Both the position numbers and the translations under genes were made by a program. Source: Candidatus Woesearchaeota archaeon (GTDB lineage: Archaea > Nanobdellota > Nanobdellia > Pacearchaeales > GW2011-AR1). From it: a stretch of DNA of 60,088 bases. The DNA is taken from positions 1-60,088 of the forward strand of contig CAYORV010000002.1 of NCBI GenBank assembly GCA_964406515.1, written 5' to 3'. Numbering within the stretch: the first letter of the stretch is position 1; each line of letters begins with the position of its first letter. Below are positions 44,334 to 52,653 of the stretch, piece after piece. The notes beneath the pieces were generated by a model that saw nothing but the letters and a program-made list of their open reading frames with translations, did no database searches and was not told where the DNA came from.

Positions 44334-44551
44334 TAAGTGGAAATTTGTCTATTATGGCTTCTGAAACAGGATATTGCCATGTTCCAATTAGGCGAAGTTT
44401 GGATGCTGGAAAAATTAATCCTGAAAAAGAAAAGATTATCGTAAGCGAAAAATTAGAAAATGAAAGAAAAAAAGTTCAACCGATTTATAATGCTCAAGGA
44501 GAAATAGTAGAGTATGATAAATATGGGAGACACTTAGATATTATTGATTGA
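44330..44551 (+). CDS. hypothetical small protein
   Basis: 73-aa ORF with a 4-bp overlap with the upstream ORF. Confidence 0.4.
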   Translation: MISGNLSIMASETGYCHVPIRRSLDAGKINPEKEKIIVSEKLENERKKVQPIYNAQGEIVEYDKYGRHLDIID

Positions 44552-45796
44552 TTATTTTTTCTTGCCTTTTGCAATTTTCAAAAGATTAACTGGTTTTTTT
44601 GCGCCCTTATATTTTTTCTTGAAAAACCAGATTAGAAAACCAATTGCAACTATTAAAATTAAAATCCCAATTATTTTTCCGGTTGAACTAGGTTCTTCTT
44701 TTTCCTGACAAGTTCCTACACAGCAGATATTATCTTTTGCACGAATTATTTCTTCACTACTGCACACTTCATCTCTAGAACAAATTGGATATCCTCTTTC
44801 TGCACAAGTCTGAGTTGTATATTCAGGTTGGGGCACTTCTGAAGGCGTATAATTTGTTAAAAATTTTACAGAAATTTGTGAATAAATTATTTGAGTTCCT
44901 TGTTTTGCTTTTATATGCCCTTCAACTTCAAACTCTTCTTCAGATGTGAAAGTCAATTCTATTGGAAGATTTGAATTAGGATCAAGTTTGTTTATATTTT
45001 CTTCTGACACTGTTACATAATTTTTTAATGAATTGGACAATGAGAGAGTGATATCTTTTATTGCTTCATCTCCTGTGTTATAAAGATAAATTGTTCTCCT
45101 TGTTTCTGAATCGGTTGGAACAGAAACAATTACTTTTTGTGGTTCAAATTTAAAGATTTCTTGTTCTTGAATTTCTATTGCTGGAATATCAGCAGGAATA
45201 TTGTAAATTAAATCAGCTGTGCTTAACTCAATTATTTTGAATTCTGATTCTTGTAATTCAAAAAGGAAATCTATTTCTTGTTTTTGACCTGATTTTAGAA
45301 TTATTGAATCTTTGTAAGTTTCTCCAGAAGCATTTGCATTTTCTTTTGTTTTTATTTCAATTGTTATTTCTCTATCTTGTAAATTTTGGACCTCTATTGA
45401 AAATTCATTATCATTTGCAAAACCAGGATTTACTGAAAAGTCTGCTGTTTTATTGTTTATTGTAAAATCTCTTTTTATATCTTCTTCACTTATTTCACTT
45501 CCTTTCATGTATTTTATATTTTCTAAAGCAATAGAATAATTATTTGATTCTTTTCCTGAAAGTAAAGCATAAATGTAATATTCATCATTGATTTTTCTTA
45601 TATCATATTCGAGGGGGATTCTTACATGTGTTCTGTAAAAAAATACATTTTCTTTTTGGAGGGGCTGGAGGAAATTGCCAGCAACTTTTGCAATCAAAGT
45701 TTCTCCTTGACTGAATTCTTCTTTTACATCAAATTCTACTGCAGAAATTATTGGGAAGATTAAAAGAAATAAAAGTAAGAATGCAAATGTTTTCAT
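44552..45796 (-). CDS. surface protein: signal peptide, beta-rich ectodomain, Cys module, C-terminal TM anchor
   Basis: N-terminal signal MKTFAFLLLFLLIFPIISA. Cys module CAERGYPICSRDEVCSSEEIIRAKDNICCVGTC. TM helix plus a K-rich tail. Confidence 0.65.
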   Translation of the reverse strand: MKTFAFLLLFLLIFPIISAVEFDVKEEFSQGETLIAKVAGNFLQPLQKENVFFYRTHVRIPLEYDIRKINDEYYIYALLSGKESNNYSIALENIKYMKGSEISEEDIKRDFTINNKTADFSVNPGFANDNEFSIEVQNLQDREITIEIKTKENANASGETYKDSIILKSGQKQEIDFLFELQESEFKIIELSTADLIYNIPADIPAIEIQEQEIFKFEPQKVIVSVPTDSETRRTIYLYNTGDEAIKDITLSLSNSLKNYVTVSEENINKLDPNSNLPIELTFTSEEEFEVEGHIKAKQGTQIIYSQISVKFLTNYTPSEVPQPEYTTQTCAERGYPICSRDEVCSSEEIIRAKDNICCVGTCQEKEEPSSTGKIIGILILIVAIGFLIWFFKKKYKGAKKPVNLLKIAKGKKK

Positions 45797-45797
45797 T

Positions 45798-47546
45798 TTA
45801 TTTTCCCATCTCTTTTAGTTTTTTTAGAACATTATCTAATTCACCTTTTGGCTTATGGGCAGAAGCTGGTCTTCTTGCTGGTCTCTGGGTTGGGGGAAAA
45901 ACTCTTCTTTGAGTTGGTCTTTGTCCTATTGCTGAAGAAGGTCCTGGGGGGAATCTAGGTGGACCTCTCGAACTTGGACCAGATTTTCCTCTCTTGAATT
46001 TAGATTTTATCTTAAACCAGAATTTTCTCAATTTATCTCTGAATATAATTCCTATTGCTAATAAGAGTATTAAAATTCCTAAGACCAAGATTAATACATA
46101 ATTTGTTTCTTTAGTTTCTTTGATACAACATAAATCAAAAGAAGGACAATCATCAGAGGTTGTTTCTTCATTATTGGAACATGTGGTTTTACATTCTCCT
46201 CCTCTTGCTTCACATTCTGATACATCGTCGTCCTGAACAACGCATTCTCCTTTTACGCAACATCTTTCAGAATCAGCAGCATCTGTAAATGTTCCTCCTA
46301 AACAAATCTCATCAGATGCGCATTTTTCGCCATCTTGAATAGAACAACTTTCTAAAAGTCTTTGTGTATCACAGCAAACATTAGCAAAACAACCAGAATA
46401 ATCTAACTCTTTTCCTCCTGCTTTATTGCAGGCTGAACTTGACATACAATAATTTCCTTCTTCCTCACAATCAAGATCTGACTCATCTACAAAAAATGTT
46501 TTTTTAGGCCAAACAGAAAATAATATGAAAGCTGTATTTTGGATGTTTCCTTGCCAACACCCGTCTGTTCCTTGAACTTCTTCAAGCCAAGTTTTTGCAT
46601 TTGTTTTTTGTTCGAGTTCTTCGCTTTGTAAAGAATACAGGGCAACAGCAGTATCATAAAATTTATCTCCTGATTCAGACCAATACTCATTTTCTTTTTG
46701 CTTCAATAAAAGTTCATCTTTGAAATTATTGGTTAAAGAATACAAAAAAGATTCTGGAACAAACTCTTGATTTTCTTCTGCCATTGTTATTAGATAGGGC
46801 AAGTAAGGAGAAATATTATGACCTCTGAATTTTAAAATAAGTGCTGCCCAGAGAGTGGCTTCATAATTACATGCTGTTCCTTGCTTGAAACAAAATGAAT
46901 TTATTTTTTCAATTGTTGTTCCTTCTGCTGAAGCAGAGTTTAATGTTTTTGAAATGTAAAAAATTCCTGAGTCTTTCTTTTTGTATAATAAACTTGTAGA
47001 AAAAGTTTCATCACAAGATATGGTGAATTCTTCTTCATAACATGAAGGAGAAACTTTTAACCAGTAATCATCTTCATAACGCTTTAAACAACTACCTGCA
47101 TCTCGATTTATTTTTTTGTCTTCGCTAATTGAAATTTCATGTGAATCTCCTTGATAAATTATTGAACAATCTGATGGGTTTGTTGGGTCTATTTGCAAGA
47201 GCCAATCAACATCTGGAGGATTTATTTTTTGGCCTAACAACCAGTTCTCTGATTCATCTGTGTTAACTCCGACAGAATTTAATGCGAGAATTGCTTGAGC
47301 TGTTGTTTTTACTTTGCATCCAGAATCAGGCCAGCATTCTTCATCAGTTGCATCATTTAGAACTTCTGTCTTACATCTATCTATTGTTAATAAGGAAAAT
47401 ATTTTTTCTTCTGAAGAAAGAGACGAACATTTTCCAGTTACTTTGTCTTCAAGACAAGCATAACCTTTTTCAGAAACTGTTGCATCTTGTGCTACCACCA
47501 AGGAAATCATCAAGAGAAAAATAAATAATATCACACCTATTTTCAT
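45798..47546 (-). CDS. surface protein with prenyltransferase/terpene-cyclase-like alpha/alpha repeat domain, three Cys modules, TM anchor and Pro/Arg-rich cytoplasmic tail
   Basis: Signal peptide. QW-like motif QGTDGCWQG and helical repeats. Cys modules of the form C..G.C....C...CC...C, three times. TM helix, then a tail GPSSRGPPRFPPGPSS...PTQRPARRPAS. Confidence 0.65.
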   Translation of the reverse strand: MKIGVILFIFLLMISLVVAQDATVSEKGYACLEDKVTGKCSSLSSEEKIFSLLTIDRCKTEVLNDATDEECWPDSGCKVKTTAQAILALNSVGVNTDESENWLLGQKINPPDVDWLLQIDPTNPSDCSIIYQGDSHEISISEDKKINRDAGSCLKRYEDDYWLKVSPSCYEEEFTISCDETFSTSLLYKKKDSGIFYISKTLNSASAEGTTIEKINSFCFKQGTACNYEATLWAALILKFRGHNISPYLPYLITMAEENQEFVPESFLYSLTNNFKDELLLKQKENEYWSESGDKFYDTAVALYSLQSEELEQKTNAKTWLEEVQGTDGCWQGNIQNTAFILFSVWPKKTFFVDESDLDCEEEGNYCMSSSACNKAGGKELDYSGCFANVCCDTQRLLESCSIQDGEKCASDEICLGGTFTDAADSERCCVKGECVVQDDDVSECEARGGECKTTCSNNEETTSDDCPSFDLCCIKETKETNYVLILVLGILILLLAIGIIFRDKLRKFWFKIKSKFKRGKSGPSSRGPPRFPPGPSSAIGQRPTQRRVFPPTQRPARRPASAHKPKGELDNVLKKLKEMGK

Positions 47547-47557
47547 TTGATTATAAG

Positions 47558-48841
47558 TTAAGTGTTATTTTTAAAAGTTGTCTTGTTTGATTTCTTCTTT
47601 GGTTTATTATTCTGAAAACTCTTTCTAACAACATAATTAACAGGATTTTTTATTAATTTACAAAGATTGTCTGGCTCGCAAACCCCAATTCCTTTATAAA
47701 ATTCTTGACAATTCGGAGGCATGATTGATTTTTTTCTAAAACTCCAGGAAAATTGTGATTTAATATAACCTTGCTTGAGAGGAGGTTTGTTTTTTTTATT
47801 CCATTCTTCAATTTGTTTTTCAATTTCATCTTTGTCCATACCAACAGAACGGAACAAATTGAGCAAAACAAATAGGGCTCTTTTTTTTCCATCTATAATT
47901 CCTTGTAGAATTTTTTTTACACAAGGAGGAAAGTTTTGTTCAGAAAGATTTGAAATTTGAATTGGTTTGAATTCTCTTTTGTTATCTTCTTGTTTTTCTG
48001 GATTATCTTCTTTATACCAATCAAGTGCTTGCATCAAGAGTTCGCTAGCTTCATTTTCTTGAGAATCTGGCATAAAATTCTTAACTTTGACCTTAAATGG
48101 ATCTGCATCTCTTGGATGAAAATCTGCAACATTTTCTGGCACAAGAACAACACTTGCTAAGGCTGTTTTTTCATGTAAAGAATATGGCATCCGAAATAAA
48201 TGTCTTGGAGAAACTAAAACTAAATCTGGCATAACTTCTTTTGGAGCTTCAAAATCTTTAACATATTTATTTGGTTTTGACAAATCACTGACCCTCTCTA
48301 TTAATTTTTCCTCAATTGTATGCATTATATATTTTGTTATTATTCTTGGCCATTCTGGAAACATGTCTGAAGTTTTCACATTATTGATTTCTTTAGGAAA
48401 TGCTTTCCACGGAATAATTAAATGAAAACCCTTACTTCCAGAAAATTTAACTCCTATGTTTTTTATTCCATGAAACTTTAACATTTCTATTATTATTTCT
48501 GCCATAATTTTGCTATAATCTAAATATTTGCTATCAATATCTAAAAGTAAATCCCATCCCACCCTTAATTCATCAAGTTGTTTCTCATTCATATCTGTTG
48601 AAAGTTCTAAAGGGTCTCTCCAAAGTTCCTCTGAACCATGAAGAGATGTGGCTCCTTTTTTTACTAATTCAAACATGTCTCCGGAATATTGAAATGTATC
48701 TGGGCGTTTTCCAAAACCATCAAAATAACGTGGAGAAATTTCTCTATTTTCTGAAAATTCAAATATTGCTTTTTGTATTTCTGGCTTGGAATAATATAAT
48801 TGGGTTATGTTTCTTATTCTTTGTTCGTTGACATTTGGCAT
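47558..48841 (-). CDS. DNA primase, fused PriS (catalytic AEP) and PriL C-terminal-like domain
   Basis: AEP motifs LLLDID and SGSKGFHLIIPW. The C-terminal part has the PriL-CTD pattern FPPCVKKIL..., PPNCQEFY..GVCEPD..C and IKNPVNY. ATG 48841 (MPNVNEQ...) is preferred over the track start at 48880. Confidence 0.8.
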   Translation of the reverse strand: MPNVNEQRIRNITQLYYSKPEIQKAIFEFSENREISPRYFDGFGKRPDTFQYSGDMFELVKKGATSLHGSEELWRDPLELSTDMNEKQLDELRVGWDLLLDIDSKYLDYSKIMAEIIIEMLKFHGIKNIGVKFSGSKGFHLIIPWKAFPKEINNVKTSDMFPEWPRIITKYIMHTIEEKLIERVSDLSKPNKYVKDFEAPKEVMPDLVLVSPRHLFRMPYSLHEKTALASVVLVPENVADFHPRDADPFKVKVKNFMPDSQENEASELLMQALDWYKEDNPEKQEDNKREFKPIQISNLSEQNFPPCVKKILQGIIDGKKRALFVLLNLFRSVGMDKDEIEKQIEEWNKKNKPPLKQGYIKSQFSWSFRKKSIMPPNCQEFYKGIGVCEPDNLCKLIKNPVNYVVRKSFQNNKPKKKSNKTTFKNNT

Positions 48842-48925
48842 AAGGAAAAAAACCGTCAAAAGTTTAAATAAATACCTCATCTAAACTATAACAATACTTA
48901 AAAAATAAATCCTACTTTAAATTAG

Positions 48926-49651
48926 ATGTTAGTTAAATTAGATAATCCTTTGCTTCTTTCAAAGGTGATTGATATTCTCTCTGAACTTGTAACAGAAGTC
49001 AGGATAAAATTTAATGAATTTGGACTTAGCATAGGAGCGATTGATCCTGCTAATGTAGCATTGGTCAGCTTTAAATTACCAAAAAGTTCTTTTAGCCAAT
49101 TTGAAACTGGAGAAGAAGTATTGGGGATTAATCTTGATGATTTAAAGAGGATTTTGAAAAGATGTGGGGGTGGAAGTTCATTGATTTTAGAAAAAAAAGA
49201 AAACTTTTTGAATATTCTAATTCAAGATAAAATCAAACGAAATTTTAGTTTAAATTTGATTGAAGTTGAAGCTGAAGAAAAAGAAATTCCAGAATTAGAA
49301 TATACTGCGCGGGTAGAAATAAGTTCTTCAGATTTAATTGATTCTGTTGAAGATTGCTTGGTTGTTGCAGATGCTTGTTCATTTATTGTGCAAGAGGGAA
49401 AATTTATTATTGAAGCTAAAGGAATAAATTCTGCAATGTCTGAGTTTTCTGGAGATGAAGCAAAAATTGAGGCAGAAAATTGCAAGGTGAGATATAGTTT
49501 AGAATATTTGCAAAAATTTATGAAGGGAGCAAAACTTGTTGAAAAAACAATTTTGAATTTTGCAGAGGACCACCCATTGAAATTGGACATCAAATCAGAA
49601 CACATGGAACTCAATTTTTTGTTGGCTCCTAGGGTGGAAAATGAAGATTGA
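48926..49651 (+). CDS. pcn: DNA polymerase sliding clamp (PCNA)
   Basis: 241-aa ORF with a PCNA-like two-domain pattern (LSELVTEVRIKFNEFGLSIGAIDPANVALVSFKL...). Divergent from the primase gene. Confidence 0.88.
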   Translation: MLVKLDNPLLLSKVIDILSELVTEVRIKFNEFGLSIGAIDPANVALVSFKLPKSSFSQFETGEEVLGINLDDLKRILKRCGGGSSLILEKKENFLNILIQDKIKRNFSLNLIEVEAEEKEIPELEYTARVEISSSDLIDSVEDCLVVADACSFIVQEGKFIIEAKGINSAMSEFSGDEAKIEAENCKVRYSLEYLQKFMKGAKLVEKTILNFAEDHPLKLDIKSEHMELNFLLAPRVENED

Positions 49652-50103
49652 TGATAATCGATGAAGAAAATATTCAAAGGAATATTGAACGAATAATTAA
49701 AGCTGAAAAAGTTGGTTCTTACAATCTTATTAATGAAATACTCTCTAAAAAAAGAATTAACTGGTATGAACAAAACAAATCTAAACTTAATCTTATGGGG
49801 TCAGATCCAAGAAAAGCATATCAAATGATTCTTTTAGAATATATGGGGCTTAATCCTAATGAAGTCCCTGTTGTTTTTGAAAATAAAAAAAGAATAACCT
49901 GGAATTCTTATAATTGGTGTCCTGTTTTAGAAGCTTGCAAAAGATTAAATTTAGACACAAGAAAAATCTGCAAAGCAGGCTGGGAAAATTCTGTTCAAGA
50001 AATGGTCGAATTAATAAATCCTAAATTAGAATTTTCCAGAAATTATAATATTCTACGACCTCATGGAGATTACTGTGAAGAAACAATAGAGTTATTAAAT
50101 TAA
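49651..50103 (+). CDS. hypothetical protein (ATC-hydrolase-like Cys motif family, tentative)
   Basis: Pattern WCPVLEACKRLNLDTRKICK......INP.LEFSR......HGDYCEE. The ATG overlaps the PCNA stop. Confidence 0.4.
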   Translation: MIIDEENIQRNIERIIKAEKVGSYNLINEILSKKRINWYEQNKSKLNLMGSDPRKAYQMILLEYMGLNPNEVPVVFENKKRITWNSYNWCPVLEACKRLNLDTRKICKAGWENSVQEMVELINPKLEFSRNYNILRPHGDYCEETIELLN

Positions 50104-50155
50104 CATTCGTTAAAATTTTCTTAAAGTTTATAAATAAGAATATCGTAAAACAGAT

Positions 50156-50917
50156 ATGGAAAAAAAGGGGCAAGTAACTATTTTTATTATCATTGCCATA
50201 ATAATTGTTGCTGCAGGAGTTTTAGTTTATTCATTTTATCCGCAAATTAAATCTAGTTTGGGTGGAGGCATAAAAAATCCGCAAGCATTTATCCAAGAAT
50301 GTATTGAAGATGAGCTTGAAGAAACAGTAGAATTAGTTTCTTTGCAAGGCGGGGATTTTAATCCAAAATTTTTCAGCACCTTTGATGGTATAAAAATAAA
50401 AAATTTATGTTACACTGCACAATATTGTGCGCTATGCTCTGTTCAAGAACCACAATTAAAACCATATATTGAAAGAGAAATTAAAGAGAATATTAAAGAT
50501 ACAGCTGATGCTTGTTTTAATTCTTTGAAAAAGAGTTATGAAAAAAAAGGATATAATGCTGTTTTGAAACCAGGAACAATAGATATTGAACTTTTACCAA
50601 AGAGGATTGTTTCTGTTTTTAATTATTCATTGACATTAACAAAAGGGGGCGACAGTGAAAGATATGATTCCTTCTCAGCAGTCTTGAACAATAATCTTTA
50701 TGAACTTATTGCAATTGCCAATAGCATACTCGAATGGGAAAGAAATTACGGGAAGACTGATGTGACAATATATATGGATTTATATCCTAATTTAAAGGTC
50801 GGACAAAAACTTTTAAGTGATGGAACAAAAATTTATATTATAACAGATAGGAATATTGGAAATAAATTTCAATTTGCTTCAAGGAGTCTTGTACTTTCAC
50901 CAAGTGGATATTGTTAA
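50156..50917 (+). CDS. class III signal-peptide (prepilin-like) protein 1
   Basis: N-terminus MEKKGQ/VTIFIIIAIIIVAAGVLVY has the archaeal prepilin KKGQ motif followed by a hydrophobic helix. Confidence 0.6.
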   Translation: MEKKGQVTIFIIIAIIIVAAGVLVYSFYPQIKSSLGGGIKNPQAFIQECIEDELEETVELVSLQGGDFNPKFFSTFDGIKIKNLCYTAQYCALCSVQEPQLKPYIEREIKENIKDTADACFNSLKKSYEKKGYNAVLKPGTIDIELLPKRIVSVFNYSLTLTKGGDSERYDSFSAVLNNNLYELIAIANSILEWERNYGKTDVTIYMDLYPNLKVGQKLLSDGTKIYIITDRNIGNKFQFASRSLVLSPSGYC

Positions 50918-50918
50918 A

Positions 50919-52652
50919 ATGAAAAGAATAAAAATTATCTTTGGTTTGTTTTTAATGATTTTCTTAGTTGGCTTTGTCAGTGCTGTTTGTTGCGAGAGAA
51001 CAGTAGATGAGGGCGTTTGCGTGGATGTTGGAGACGAGCAATATTGTGATGATACATATAGGATAGATGACACAGCATGTGAATCCACTCAATATTGTTC
51101 AACAGGAACTTGTGTAAATAATGCAGAGGGGATATGTATGACTTCTTCATCATCAGCATGTGATCCTAATTTAGGGGGATATTGGTATGCTGATATTGCA
51201 GATAACATTGCAGAATGTAAACCTGGTTGTTGCTTTATTGGAGAAGGCACGTCTTTTATTCCAAAAACAACATGTAATAAAAGGTCTGCAGACATAGGAA
51301 TTTCTCCAGATTTCAGGCAAGATATGGCTGAAGAACAGTGTTTATTGAGTGCAGGACCAACCACAAAAGGAGCATGTGTTTTTGACACAGATGACGGGAA
51401 AAAATGTACAATTGAAAAGAACGAAGATTGTGAGGAGGGGGTAGGCAAGTCTTTTCACGCAGGACTTTTATGTAGTGCTCCGAAATTAGGAACAACTTGT
51501 ACAATGACGGAGAGAACAAAATGTGCTGAAGGCAGGCATGAAGTTGTTTTTGAAGACAACTGTGGTAATGAAGCGAATGTTTATGATGAAAATAAAGTTG
51601 ACAATATTGATTACTGGACTTATATGAAAGATTTTACGTCGAGCGAGATTTGTGGATATGGAGAAGCAAATACAAATTCAGCAGACTGTGGAAATTGTAA
51701 TTATCTTGCTGGAAGCACTTGCGGTTCTACGAGAGGAACAGGAGTAACTCCAGACTCTGGAAATTATGTTTGTCGAGATTTGAGCTGTACTTATAAGGGA
51801 GAAAAAATAGCACACAGAAGTGCTTGGTGTTCTCAACCCTTATCTGATTTTGAAGTTGCAAAGCCAGGAGATTTGTCCTATAGACTCTATTGTTATAATG
51901 GGGAAGTTGATTGGAAATTATGTGATAATCAAAGAAATGAATTGTGTAAAGAAGAGGTTCCCGGGCAAGCTAATTGTGTTCCAAATAGATGGCAAACCTG
52001 TATATTCCAAAATAGTTCAAAAGATTGTTTGAACACAGACCAAAGAGATTGTAAGATCTTGGAAGAAGTAAGCAGAAAGAATGCAGAGGGAGAAGATATA
52101 TTATTCTTGGATTATACATACACCTATGATGATAATGGAACTATAACAAGTGAGTCTAGGGAATTTATAAAAGCAGTTTGTGTTCCTCGTTATACTCCTG
52201 GATTTGATTTCTTGAATCCTGATGATCCCATACTAGGGGTTTCTCCCCAAATAACTCCTACAGATGTTTGTAGTGGTGCCAGTGTAAGTTCTGTTGCAGG
52301 ATATCGCAAGGGAGTATTAAGTAATTGGGAGGCTAAAGACGGCAAATGTTTTGGAGAATGTGTGAAAGATTGTGAAGGTGCTCTTTTAGTGCCTGAATGT
52401 CAGCAAATTTGTTTTAATAAATGTCCTGCTTCTGAGTCTTTTATGGATAAATCTGGTTCTGGATTATTAGCAGGTATTGTAGACTTAAACAATGATTGGG
52501 CAACAAATCTAGAAGGGTTTTGTGTTTCTCTTGGGGATTGTGGAGTAAAGGCAAACTATATTCAAAAAAATAGTTATTATTCGTGGAAAGAACTTTTTAT
52601 AGGAGATAATATTAGTAAAACAAGCATACCTAATGCAGATAGTTATCAATAA
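50919..52652 (+). CDS. large secreted cysteine-dense protein
   Basis: Start at ATG 50919 after a TAAAATG junction. Sec-type signal MKRIKIIFGLFLMIFLVGFVSA. About 45 Cys by hand count. Confidence 0.65.
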   Translation: MKRIKIIFGLFLMIFLVGFVSAVCCERTVDEGVCVDVGDEQYCDDTYRIDDTACESTQYCSTGTCVNNAEGICMTSSSSACDPNLGGYWYADIADNIAECKPGCCFIGEGTSFIPKTTCNKRSADIGISPDFRQDMAEEQCLLSAGPTTKGACVFDTDDGKKCTIEKNEDCEEGVGKSFHAGLLCSAPKLGTTCTMTERTKCAEGRHEVVFEDNCGNEANVYDENKVDNIDYWTYMKDFTSSEICGYGEANTNSADCGNCNYLAGSTCGSTRGTGVTPDSGNYVCRDLSCTYKGEKIAHRSAWCSQPLSDFEVAKPGDLSYRLYCYNGEVDWKLCDNQRNELCKEEVPGQANCVPNRWQTCIFQNSSKDCLNTDQRDCKILEEVSRKNAEGEDILFLDYTYTYDDNGTITSESREFIKAVCVPRYTPGFDFLNPDDPILGVSPQITPTDVCSGASVSSVAGYRKGVLSNWEAKDGKCFGECVKDCEGALLVPECQQICFNKCPASESFMDKSGSGLLAGIVDLNNDWATNLEGFCVSLGDCGVKANYIQKNSYYSWKELFIGDNISKTSIPNADSYQ

Positions 52653-52653
52653 A

